A DNA stretch of 38,266 bases, taken from assembly GCA_964013405.1 (NCBI GenBank), contig CAXGWI010000020.1:1-38266 (forward strand), in the 5' to 3' direction. Position numbers and translations under genes: made by a program. Under the pieces are notes generated by a model. That model made no database searches, had not been told where the DNA came from, and saw nothing but the letters and a program-made list of their open reading frames with translations. Within the stretch, counting starts at the first letter, position 1, and each line of letters opens with the position of its first letter. Below are positions 26,816 through 35,143 of the stretch, piece by piece. The DNA is from an uncultured Myxococcales bacterium. GTDB lineage: Bacteria > Myxococcota > UBA4151.

Positions 26816-27867
26816 TGCGACCCATTGGCTTCCTCAGCCTATGTCTTCTCGGCTGCGCAGAGACGAGCTCTGTTCACAGCGAGCAGACCTTGAGTGGATC
26901 CCGTCTACTCGTCCTTCAGACCGATTATGCCACGGGTCTCTACGGCGAGTTTTACACCGATCACTTGCAGTTCAGTACCCGGCAGGGCCCCAGTGGGGGT
27001 GATGTGGTCCTCGGTGAAGGACCTCACGGTCCCATCATCCTGCAGCGAAGCCAAAGCGATAGCCTTTTGCTCTTAGATGAAGATCTACAAATCCAAGTTG
27101 AATGGCCATTAGACGCCGGTGCAAATGCCCATGATATCCAGGTCGTTGGCGACGAGATCTTCATTGCTGCCTATGGGCTCAACGAGCTCCTCATCTTCGA
27201 TCTTCAGGGTCAAAAGAAGGCCACAATTCCCCTCTCAGTCTACGCTGATATCGATGGTAAACCAGAGGCCCATAAGCTCTATCTCGAAGACGAAAAACTC
27301 TATCTCATCATCCAAAATATCGACTTTAGTGACGGTCTTCAGCCCCAGATTACAGATCTGAGTCGACTGCTCGTTATCGATCCGGAACAACGGGAGGTAA
27401 CCAGAGTGATCGAGATCCCACCCAATCCATTCTCGGATTTGGTATTCGATGGAGGAGATGGGCTCCTCTTGGCCTGTAACGGATCCTGGAATGAGCAAGA
27501 TGCAGGGGGAATTTATCGACTTCGTCGTGATCAGATCGAGGCCGGTGAAATGCTCATCACCAAAGCAGCGATCGGTGGTGATCTAACGAGCCCCCACGGA
27601 CTCGCTGTTTACCAAGATAGAATCTGGCTGACGGTAGGACATTGGCAAGGGGGTAGCGAGCTGATCTCATTTCATCGAGATGGTCAGGATCGCCAGGTCC
27701 ACTTACGTCGTGATGACTGGAGTCTTTCTTGTCTCTATCCCCACGATGGGCAGCTTTGGCTCTGTGATCGAAAACCCGGCGCCTCTGGCCTACGATATTC
27801 AGGGGATGAATTCGCAAGCCTCATAAAAACCCGACTTCCACCCACTGAACTGCTCAGTCTTCCCTAA
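26815..27867 (+). CDS. Beta-propeller (YncE-like) surface lipoprotein
   Basis: Lipobox LLGC from ATG 26815 (TGATG overlap). Propeller blades ANAHDI...IFIA.YG, LIFDL and LLVIDP....V...I. Confidence 0.8.
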   Translation: MRPIGFLSLCLLGCAETSSVHSEQTLSGSRLLVLQTDYATGLYGEFYTDHLQFSTRQGPSGGDVVLGEGPHGPIILQRSQSDSLLLLDEDLQIQVEWPLDAGANAHDIQVVGDEIFIAAYGLNELLIFDLQGQKKATIPLSVYADIDGKPEAHKLYLEDEKLYLIIQNIDFSDGLQPQITDLSRLLVIDPEQREVTRVIEIPPNPFSDLVFDGGDGLLLACNGSWNEQDAGGIYRLRRDQIEAGEMLITKAAIGGDLTSPHGLAVYQDRIWLTVGHWQGGSELISFHRDGQDRQVHLRRDDWSLSCLYPHDGQLWLCDRKPGASGLRYSGDEFASLIKTRLPPTELLSLP

Positions 27868-28136
27868 GGAAAGGCCGTTGATGGCCATGTGGAAAACACG
27901 TGGAAATGAAAAGAAAGATGGAATGTTCGCCTTTAAAGATGTGGAGCTATCAACTTTAAAAATAGAGTTTAAATAATAACTTATATCACTTTCCACATCT
28001 GAACAGTGCCAACAGCATCGAAGGCCTAAAATTAGATCTGTTTTTTGAGAGGACAAGCGTGCATTTTAGGGCTCGAAAGACCTTGTGAGCCTGGGGGCCT
28101 AGCGATAGGTTGCCCACCGCTTGAGGAGATGATTTT
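27868..28136. other. Putative chromosomal replication origin (oriC)
   Basis: Largest AT-rich gap in the window, directly 5' of dnaN. TGTGGAAAA (27888-27896) is a perfect TTWTNCACA match on the minus strand, CTTTCCACA (27989-27997) has 1 mismatch, and weaker boxes occur at 27899 and 27940. The core 27955-27986 is 29/32 A+T. G/C skew appears to invert here. Confidence 0.75.
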
Positions 28137-29240
28137 ATGGATCTGTCCATTGAGGCCCGAGCGCTGTCCCAGGCCTTGCATAAAGTGATCGGTGTGGTTC
28201 AGCACAAGTCGAGTCAACCGATTCTAACCTGTGTTTTGGTTTCGGCCAGTCGGGATGGACTGGTGACCTTTGAGGCGACGAATACCAACATCACCGTTTC
28301 AGTCACCCTCCCTGCGAAGGTCGATGGTGAAGGATCTGTCGCAATTCCTGCCCGCAAGTTTGCCGAGTACTTAGGCACTCGCCAGGAGGGCAGTCTTCAG
28401 TTGCTGCAAAGTGGCGAAGGTCGTCTTGCGGTTGTTTCGAGTACAGGCCGAGGGGAATTACCCGCATTACCGGCCCTCGACTTTCCGGCCACACCGAAGT
28501 TTGAGGGGATGGATTTTTCCGAGATCGCTGCCTCCCGGCTGCACCAGATCCTCGGCCAAACCATTCGTTGTGCTTCCACCGATGAAAGTCGGGCTTCCCT
28601 CGTTGGTGTTTACGTTCATGAAGCCAGTGATGGGCTTCGCTTTGTCGCAACCGATGGTCATCGATTAGCTGTTTCCCGTCCTGGTGATGGGTTCGATTGG
28701 CCTTTGGGTGGAGAGGGGATGACTCTGCCAACTCGAGGGGTTGAGGAACTCAGGAAGCTCATCGATGGTGCGGAAAATGTTCAGATGGCAAAGGCGGAGA
28801 ATCATTTGGTTGCGCGGACCGTTGATCAGCAAGTCTGTATGCGTCTCGCCGACGGTGGCTTCCCCGATTATGAAGGTGTGATCCCAAAGGCGAACGATCG
28901 TAATGCGGCGGTGGATCGTGGTGCTTTGCTGAGTGCGGTAAAAAGCGTGAGCGTCTTCGCTCAAACCAAAACCTCACAAGTGGAGATGGCTTTTGGGAGC
29001 GGCGCGCTGACCCTCGCTGCCCAGAGTGATTCGGGAACGGCCCGGGAAGAGATAGCAGCTGACTATGACGATGTAGAGCTGCGGATCGGCTTCAATTATC
29101 GATACCTACGGGATGCCCTTGAGAGCATTCATGATGAGAAAGCGCTGTTTGTGATGGGTGATCATTTAGCCCCTGCGCTGATCCGCCCAGAATCCAGCGA
29201 AGAGTTTATCTGCGTCATCATGCCGATGCGTATTAGCTAG
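28137..29240 (+). CDS. dnaN: DNA polymerase III beta sliding clamp
   Basis: 367 aa. Motifs PIL..VL, ATN, FP..P, DESR..L.GV, VATDGHRL, G.FPDY..VIP, IGFN.RYL.D.L and VIMPMR. GAGGAG RBS. Confidence 0.98.
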   Translation: MDLSIEARALSQALHKVIGVVQHKSSQPILTCVLVSASRDGLVTFEATNTNITVSVTLPAKVDGEGSVAIPARKFAEYLGTRQEGSLQLLQSGEGRLAVVSSTGRGELPALPALDFPATPKFEGMDFSEIAASRLHQILGQTIRCASTDESRASLVGVYVHEASDGLRFVATDGHRLAVSRPGDGFDWPLGGEGMTLPTRGVEELRKLIDGAENVQMAKAENHLVARTVDQQVCMRLADGGFPDYEGVIPKANDRNAAVDRGALLSAVKSVSVFAQTKTSQVEMAFGSGALTLAAQSDSGTAREEIAADYDDVELRIGFNYRYLRDALESIHDEKALFVMGDHLAPALIRPESSEEFICVIMPMRIS

Positions 29241-29246
29241 GGTTCG

Positions 29247-30557
29247 ATGCTCCCAGTTCTCATTCAAATAGGATCCCTCAAGCTCCACACCTATGGGGTG
29301 ATGGTTGTCCTTGGTTTTCTTGTGGCGGTGAATCTTGCGCAGCGTCACGGCAAGAAGGTGGGATATGATGAAGATCTGATCGGAGATCTTGCGTTCTATA
29401 TGATGATTGCGGGTCTTATCGGTGCCCGTATTCTGCATATTATCGTCTATTGGAACACCGGTGGCTACGCTGACGACCCCCTAAAAATCATCCGCATCTG
29501 GGAGGGTGGAATCGTCTTCTATGGTGGTTTTCTTGGTGCTACCGCTTACTTTTTCTACTTCACCAAGAAACATGACCTCAATCTTTGGGCTCTCGGGGAT
29601 ATCTACATTCCCTCCTTGGCCATTGGTCATGCCATCGGTCGGCTCGGCTGTCTGGCTGCCGGTTGTTGTTTTGGCACACCCTGCGATGCATCCTGGGGGC
29701 TTAATTTCCCCCATGAAAGGGCACCAGTCATCGGTGGAGTCGATGAAAATAAGGATGGTGAGAAGGACCCGTTTGCCTCGATCGCCTACACGAGCATTCG
29801 CAATCAGCAGATCACGAAACGCCGGTTCTTAGGACAGGTAAAAGGCTGCCAAGAACTCCCGGATGCGGACCTACAGAAGGCCGTTAAAGCCTGTCAGGAT
29901 GGGGGCGAATGTACTGGGATTGAGGTCAAGAGCACCTCCGATGGCGCAAATCAGTTTTTGCGGGCCATCAAGAAGTGTCAGGCGAATAAATCCTGTGATT
30001 CAGCGGAGGTCAGAGATTTTCTGCGTAGCTGTCCGGATGAGAAGGTCGTCGTTGCAGCTGCAGCGATGCCGCCGATTACGCAAAAAGATCTAGATGGTGA
30101 GGGCATCGAGGACTTCAGCTTGGCCCTGCATCAGCCAGAGCACACGATGGACCTCCATCCCGTCCAACTCTATGAAGCGCTCGGCGAGCTGACCATCTTC
30201 TTTATTCTGGTCATGTGGCGTTATCGTAAGCGCTTCCACGGTCAGATTTTCCTTATGTGGTTGATTCTCTACCCGATCCTTCGCTGGGTGAACGAGAACT
30301 TCTTTCGTGGGGATAAGAGTCGAGGCGAAGATATCATCTGGGGGCTCTCAACCTCCGGTCTGATCTCGGTTCTTGTCGCGGGTACTGCCTTTATTGTGAT
30401 TTTATTGAGTCTTCGTCAGGGGCGGTTACTGGGAAGCCCAGTTCTGGTCCCACAAGGGCTGACACCGAGTGGCTTTGAAGTGACTGATGCGACTTCGGAT
30501 GGGGAAGCCTCAGAGGAGATGACCGATCTCCCGGGGGATGAGCAGAGTAAGAAATGA
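29247..30557 (+). CDS. lgt: Prolipoprotein diacylglyceryl transferase with large internal insertion
   Basis: Motifs TYG, GARI, IWEGG.VFYGG, GRLGC..AGCC.G, HPVQLYE and Y...R...E.FRGD. Confidence 0.93.
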   Translation: MLPVLIQIGSLKLHTYGVMVVLGFLVAVNLAQRHGKKVGYDEDLIGDLAFYMMIAGLIGARILHIIVYWNTGGYADDPLKIIRIWEGGIVFYGGFLGATAYFFYFTKKHDLNLWALGDIYIPSLAIGHAIGRLGCLAAGCCFGTPCDASWGLNFPHERAPVIGGVDENKDGEKDPFASIAYTSIRNQQITKRRFLGQVKGCQELPDADLQKAVKACQDGGECTGIEVKSTSDGANQFLRAIKKCQANKSCDSAEVRDFLRSCPDEKVVVAAAAMPPITQKDLDGEGIEDFSLALHQPEHTMDLHPVQLYEALGELTIFFILVMWRYRKRFHGQIFLMWLILYPILRWVNENFFRGDKSRGEDIIWGLSTSGLISVLVAGTAFIVILLSLRQGRLLGSPVLVPQGLTPSGFEVTDATSDGEASEEMTDLPGDEQSKK

Positions 30558-31261
30558 TCGAGGCTCAGGGGCTGAGTCGACGTTTCGGCTCCATCACAGC
30601 GGTGGATCAACTCAGTTTCAAACTGAAACCGAACGGGATTACCGGCTTCCTGGGCCCTAACGGTGCGGGGAAGACGACCACGATCCGTATGATCACAGGG
30701 GCGCTCGCTGCCAGTGAAGGCAGCGTCCTCATCGGTGGTAAAGACAGCTTTGAAGAGGCCGACGCCCTGAGGGGAAGAATTGGCTACCTACCCGAACGGC
30801 CACCACTGGTTCCTGAGCTGAGTGTAAAAGAGCAGTTAGGCTACGTTGCGGCGGTCAAAGGGGTGCAGGTCGATGATAGCCTTGCGGAACGCTGTGGGAT
30901 TCAAGAGGTGTGGCGCCAGCTTCAAGGGGAGCTTTCGAAAGGCTTTCGCCAACGGGTTGGCTTAGCTTGTGCTCTCGTCGGGTCACCGGATCTTCTTATT
31001 CTCGATGAGCCCACCAGTGGGCTCGATCCCCACCAGGTGGAGAGTATGCGAAACCTGGTCATGGAGCTGGGCCAAGATCGAACGGTCCTTCTTTCCACGC
31101 ACCTGCTGCCTGAAGTGGAACGCCTTTGTGAGCATGTGCTGATGATTCACCAGGGGCGACTGGTTGCTGACGAATCCCTTGAGAGCCTGCTCGAAGCCCA
31201 TCAAGGCTCGCTCCAGGATGCCTTTTTGACTCGATGTGGTTTTGCGGAGTCCGAGCCATGA
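30554..31261 (+). CDS. ABC transporter ATP-binding subunit (GldA-like)
   Basis: GPNGAGKTT, IGYLPE.PPL, LSKGFRQRVG signature variant, LDEPTSGLDP and STH. ATGA overlap with lgt. Confidence 0.93.
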   Translation: MIEAQGLSRRFGSITAVDQLSFKLKPNGITGFLGPNGAGKTTTIRMITGALAASEGSVLIGGKDSFEEADALRGRIGYLPERPPLVPELSVKEQLGYVAAVKGVQVDDSLAERCGIQEVWRQLQGELSKGFRQRVGLACALVGSPDLLILDEPTSGLDPHQVESMRNLVMELGQDRTVLLSTHLLPEVERLCEHVLMIHQGRLVADESLESLLEAHQGSLQDAFLTRCGFAESEP

Positions 31262-32034
31262 GAGCGACCTTTGCGGTGATGCGAGTCGAGCTCCTTCGCC
31301 ACCTCACGACGCCGGCTTTCTATCTCCTGTTGTTTTTTCTCAGTCTCACCTCAGGGTATTTTTTGCTGGTTTTGATTAGGGGATTCATCGAACTCACCCT
31401 CCAGTTTGGTGCCAATCCAGAGGCCGTGAATCTTCACTTCCATGAGCGAATCATCGCCCCACTCATTCTCTCTGTAGAGAACATCTTCTTGTTGGTCATC
31501 CCGCTAATTACCATGCGCAGTATTGCGGGGGAGCGAAGCCAAGGGAGCTTTGAGTTTGTCGCCAGTTCGAGGTTGCGTCCTTGGCAGTACGTGCTGGGTA
31601 AGAGCCTTGCGATGGATGTCCTGGTCTTTTTACTGATTCTGCCGGTCGCATTTCAGGGCATGCTGCTCCGTATAAACGCAGAGCAGGGCTCGGCTTTCGA
31701 TACCCCTGGCTTTCTGCTGTCTTTAGTCGGTTTGTTCTTACTGGGTCGATCTTTTGCCGGCTTGGGATTGGCTGTCAGTGCCATGACCCGTTCGCCAGCC
31801 CTTGCAGCGGGCGCTACATTTTTCCTCCTCCTTCTAGCCTGGGTTCTTGCTTCCGCAGGGGGAGGCGATGGCTTTCTCGCTCAGATTCTGCCGCAGCTAA
31901 GCCCACTGACCCGCCTCGAAAATTTCGCCATTGGTCGCTTCGTTGTGGCTGACCTGTTGTTCTTCTTGGTGGTGATGGTGGCGACCTTCATCCTGGCGAC
32001 GCGGGCGGTCGATGCCCATCGGTGGCAAGGATGA
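31258..32034 (+). CDS. ABC-2 type permease (GldF-like)
   Basis: About six TM segments and IPLITMRSIAGER.QGS.E...VLGK. ATG 31258 overlaps the upstream stop. Confidence 0.9.
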   Translation: MRATFAVMRVELLRHLTTPAFYLLLFFLSLTSGYFLLVLIRGFIELTLQFGANPEAVNLHFHERIIAPLILSVENIFLLVIPLITMRSIAGERSQGSFEFVASSRLRPWQYVLGKSLAMDVLVFLLILPVAFQGMLLRINAEQGSAFDTPGFLLSLVGLFLLGRSFAGLGLAVSAMTRSPALAAGATFFLLLLAWVLASAGGGDGFLAQILPQLSPLTRLENFAIGRFVVADLLFFLVVMVATFILATRAVDAHRWQG

Positions 32035-33560
32035 CTCAGGGACGCCGAGTCGTAGGCCTTTTAGCCCTCGTTCTTTTGGTTTCGGCCCCCGTGACCTGGC
32101 TTGTGAGTCGGGATCTCCTTTGGTTGTGGCTCAAGCTGTTGCTTGGCATCGGCTTTGGCGGGATTTGGTTGCTTGCTTTGGTTCGCTCCCAACGCAGCCA
32201 GATGCGCGGGCGAACCTTGGTCCATGCCCTCACAACAACCCTCGTGGTGAGCGGCGTCCTGGTGACCGGTGGTGTGGTGATCGCATTTTCCCAGGCCAGT
32301 GCGTTGTCCTTCGATCTGACCAGCGATCAGGTCTATACCCTTGCGCCTCAAACCCAAGCCTTGCTCAAAAAGCTGCCCGATAAGACCACGGTCATAGCCT
32401 ATCTCAAGCCGGGCAGTCGGGAAGCTCGAATCACCGCAAAACTTGTGGATCAACTGCGCACTGAGCGTTCGGATCTTCGCTTTGAATTGGTGGATCCGGA
32501 ACGTCGTCCGGATCGAGTGAAAGAGGATGCTATTCTTGCGGATGGCCCAAGAATTCTCATCCGAGCCCAGGGTAAGGAGACCCGCATCAGACAGGCCACG
32601 GAGCAAGAGATGGCCCAGGCCTTTCAACGCCTCACCGGGGAGGACCGACCTCTCTACTTCCTGAGCGGTCATGGTGAGGCCAAGCTTGAGGGCGAGGATC
32701 GAGGGGGGTTTGCCCGGCTTGGACGGGAACTCAAAGGTGAGGGAGCCGATCTTCGCTACCTTAACCTACTCGAAGCCGGTGAGGTGCCGGACGATGCCCG
32801 TGCTTTGATCCTGTTGCGACCGATAAAGCCCCTCGAAGTCGAGGAACAGCGCTTATTGAAACACTATTTAGCCTTCGGGGGACGTCTTCTAATGTTCCTA
32901 GAGCCCGATCCTCCCTTTGCGGTTGAAGAGGTCTTTTCCGAGTGGGGCTTATCCTTGGGTGAAGGGCGCATCGTCGATCCCACTTTGGCCTCTCGGGGTC
33001 AGACGGTGGCTCTGGGAAGTCGTTATGGCGAGCATCCGGTCGTTCGGGCCCTTGGAGCAGCTCGAGTTCACACCCTTTTCCCCAGTGCAGCGCCGGTGCA
33101 AATTGACCCCAACGCGGCCGGGCAAGGTTACCAATTGGCGGCCTTAATCGGCACGGGCAGCAAGGCCTGGGCTGAGACGGAAGCTGCTGGTGGTGTCTGG
33201 CAGCGCAATGAAGGGGAAGCGAAAGCGCCTCTTGTGGCGGCGATGAGCTTTCGGGATCACAAGCAGACCGAGGATAAACGGAGTGATGAAGCCCGGCTTG
33301 TGTTGGTGGGCGACAGTGACTTTTTGAGCAATGCGGGGCTTGCGGAGGGGGGGAACCGAGACTTCATCCTAAACTTGGTGGCGGCGATGAGCGATGATGA
33401 GCCGACCTTGGAACTCCATGCGAACAGTCGGCAAGTCTCCCGCATTCTCCTAACCGACTCGGAACAGCGGAACCTGCAATTGCTCGTCTTAGATCTGGTG
33501 CCCCTCTTCTTCCTCCTGCCTGGACTGGTGATTTGGGTCCGGCGGAGGGGTTATCGGTGA
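32031..33560 (+). CDS. GldG-like ABC auxiliary membrane protein
   Basis: Motifs DLT....YTL..QT...L, VDP, YFLSGHGE, GGRLL..LEP and RLVLVGDSDF.SN...N.DF.LN, plus C-terminal TM + RRR. Confidence 0.9.
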   Translation: MTQGRRVVGLLALVLLVSAPVTWLVSRDLLWLWLKLLLGIGFGGIWLLALVRSQRSQMRGRTLVHALTTTLVVSGVLVTGGVVIAFSQASALSFDLTSDQVYTLAPQTQALLKKLPDKTTVIAYLKPGSREARITAKLVDQLRTERSDLRFELVDPERRPDRVKEDAILADGPRILIRAQGKETRIRQATEQEMAQAFQRLTGEDRPLYFLSGHGEAKLEGEDRGGFARLGRELKGEGADLRYLNLLEAGEVPDDARALILLRPIKPLEVEEQRLLKHYLAFGGRLLMFLEPDPPFAVEEVFSEWGLSLGEGRIVDPTLASRGQTVALGSRYGEHPVVRALGAARVHTLFPSAAPVQIDPNAAGQGYQLAALIGTGSKAWAETEAAGGVWQRNEGEAKAPLVAAMSFRDHKQTEDKRSDEARLVLVGDSDFLSNAGLAEGGNRDFILNLVAAMSDDEPTLELHANSRQVSRILLTDSEQRNLQLLVLDLVPLFFLLPGLVIWVRRRGYR

Positions 33561-34831
33561 AGCGGAGCAGTCGAGCCCTTCTTCTGGGGCTGTCCATGAT
33601 CTTTGTCGCCGGTGGCAGTCTCTGGTTTTATTTGAGCCGTCCTCAAGCGGCGCCGACGGCCGACCTTAGTCAGCCTCTGCTGTGTTGGACGATGGATCGC
33701 ACCACGGCCATCCAGATTGAAAAGGCCGACGAGAAGAAGCGCTATGAACGCAGCACGTTGGGTTGGCGCTCCGCAGGTCCTGAGCCTGTCAATCAACCCA
33801 AGCTAGAAGTTCAACTGGCCCGGCTCCGGCAGATGACATTCCAAGCGCACCCTGAGCTTGAGCGGCAGCATAGTGGGGTTGATGAAAGTGAGGAGCGTTG
33901 GATTTTTGAGGCGGGAAAAGAGCGCTGTTCACTCCAACTAGGCCTGGTGAATCAAGTCACTGGCCATCGCCATATTTTACGGGGTCCGGAGCCGGCTGTT
34001 CTCGGAAATGTGGAACAAAAATCTCTACTCAAGATCGACTGGAAAGTGGCTGCCGACCGTCTGGCATACATTGATTCGGGCGCCATTAAAGAGATCAAAA
34101 TCCAGCCTGAAATAGGGCAAAAAAAGGCATTTGTACGGGCCCGTGGTCTTTGGAATCTAGAAGTGGAAGAAGAAACCTTTATCGCCGATTCAGAGGCGGT
34201 CAAAGAACTGCTCGATATCTTCAACAAGGGCTTGATCGGCACCTGGCTGGACAATCCCCCTGAACTCACAGAGCCCGACCTCCAGGCCACATTGCTTGCG
34301 AGGGGACACAGCCATCAGTTCTCATTTTTTCACCACGAGATGGGCTACATGGCTCGAAATGATTTAGGGCATATCTTTCGGCTTAACCACAACCCGTTGC
34401 CCATTCTGAATCGTGGCCGAGACGCCTATCGAGATCGCCAGGTCATTCGTTATGAACGGGGCCAAGTCGATCACTTTGTCTTGGTCTCAGAGAATGGACG
34501 TGTTCGCTATGATCGCCGACCTCAGGATCAAGGGCCTGACACATGGCTTGAGGGGAAGCGCCGAGTTGAGGAGGGTTATCGCCTCGCTGCACTGCAGTGG
34601 GACCTCCATAGCCTCCGGGCCAAGCGTTACTTGGGCAAAAGAGACGAAGCACCTCGGCTCTGCATTGATTCTTGTCGCCAAGTTCTCGCCATCTCTTTTG
34701 ATGGAGAGACCATGGTTGATCTAAAAATTTGGCCCGATGGCGAGGACTTCGAGGTCACGCAAAAAGACGGACCACGCCTTCTCGTGAATGGGAAGGATCT
34801 GGCCCATTGGCCTTTTCAGGCGCTGCCTTAG
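33557..34831 (+). CDS. DUF4340-like periplasmic protein
   Basis: N-terminal TM anchor, three repeated I.I.......R....W modules and the typical position after GldG. GTG 33557 overlaps the upstream stop. Confidence 0.75.
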   Translation: MKRSSRALLLGLSMIFVAGGSLWFYLSRPQAAPTADLSQPLLCWTMDRTTAIQIEKADEKKRYERSTLGWRSAGPEPVNQPKLEVQLARLRQMTFQAHPELERQHSGVDESEERWIFEAGKERCSLQLGLVNQVTGHRHILRGPEPAVLGNVEQKSLLKIDWKVAADRLAYIDSGAIKEIKIQPEIGQKKAFVRARGLWNLEVEEETFIADSEAVKELLDIFNKGLIGTWLDNPPELTEPDLQATLLARGHSHQFSFFHHEMGYMARNDLGHIFRLNHNPLPILNRGRDAYRDRQVIRYERGQVDHFVLVSENGRVRYDRRPQDQGPDTWLEGKRRVEEGYRLAALQWDLHSLRAKRYLGKRDEAPRLCIDSCRQVLAISFDGETMVDLKIWPDGEDFEVTQKDGPRLLVNGKDLAHWPFQALP

Positions 34832-34849
34832 GCTGACCGGGTTAGCCGC

Positions 34850-35122
34850 TTAGAGGCTGATCTTCACCTTGGGCTCGGGAAAGCTCAGAGCACCCCGTTG
34901 TAGTTGGGGGAGATATCCCGCTTCCCGGATGGAGGCCTCAGCCTCGATCAGCGTGGGAAAAGCCATATAACTATCCCCATCGGGCGCAATGTGGCGTTCA
35001 ACTTTGCCGTGGTAGGAAGTTAGGATCGCCGGGACGAGATAGCCGCGGCCATCGCCACGGTTGGGACGAATCTCACAATGATCAGCCAAACTCAGCTCCT
35101 TGGATACTGTAAGATCTTGCAA
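34850..35122 (-). CDS. Hypothetical protein (90 aa)
   Basis: Fills the gap downstream of fmt on the same strand. TTG start; no motif recognised. Confidence 0.5.
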   Translation of the reverse strand: MQDLTVSKELSLADHCEIRPNRGDGRGYLVPAILTSYHGKVERHIAPDGDSYMAFPTLIEAEASIREAGYLPQLQRGALSFPEPKVKISL

Positions 35123-35143
35123 ACACTGTTTTCGAAGACATTG

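Noticed and set aside
27999..28015. CTGAACAGTGCCAACAG as a second SOS box before dnaN
   Set aside because: Spacing is CTG-N11-CAG, one base off from the imuA operator.
27799..28217. Small minus-strand ORFs across the AT-rich gap, or a dnaA remnant
   Set aside because: No AAA+ or DnaA domain IV motifs. They overlap flanking genes and the composition looks non-coding.
34831..34847. GGCTGAC-CGG-GTTAGCC hairpin as a terminator between convergent genes
   Set aside because: Short stem with a wobble and no U-tract on either strand; not strong enough to call.
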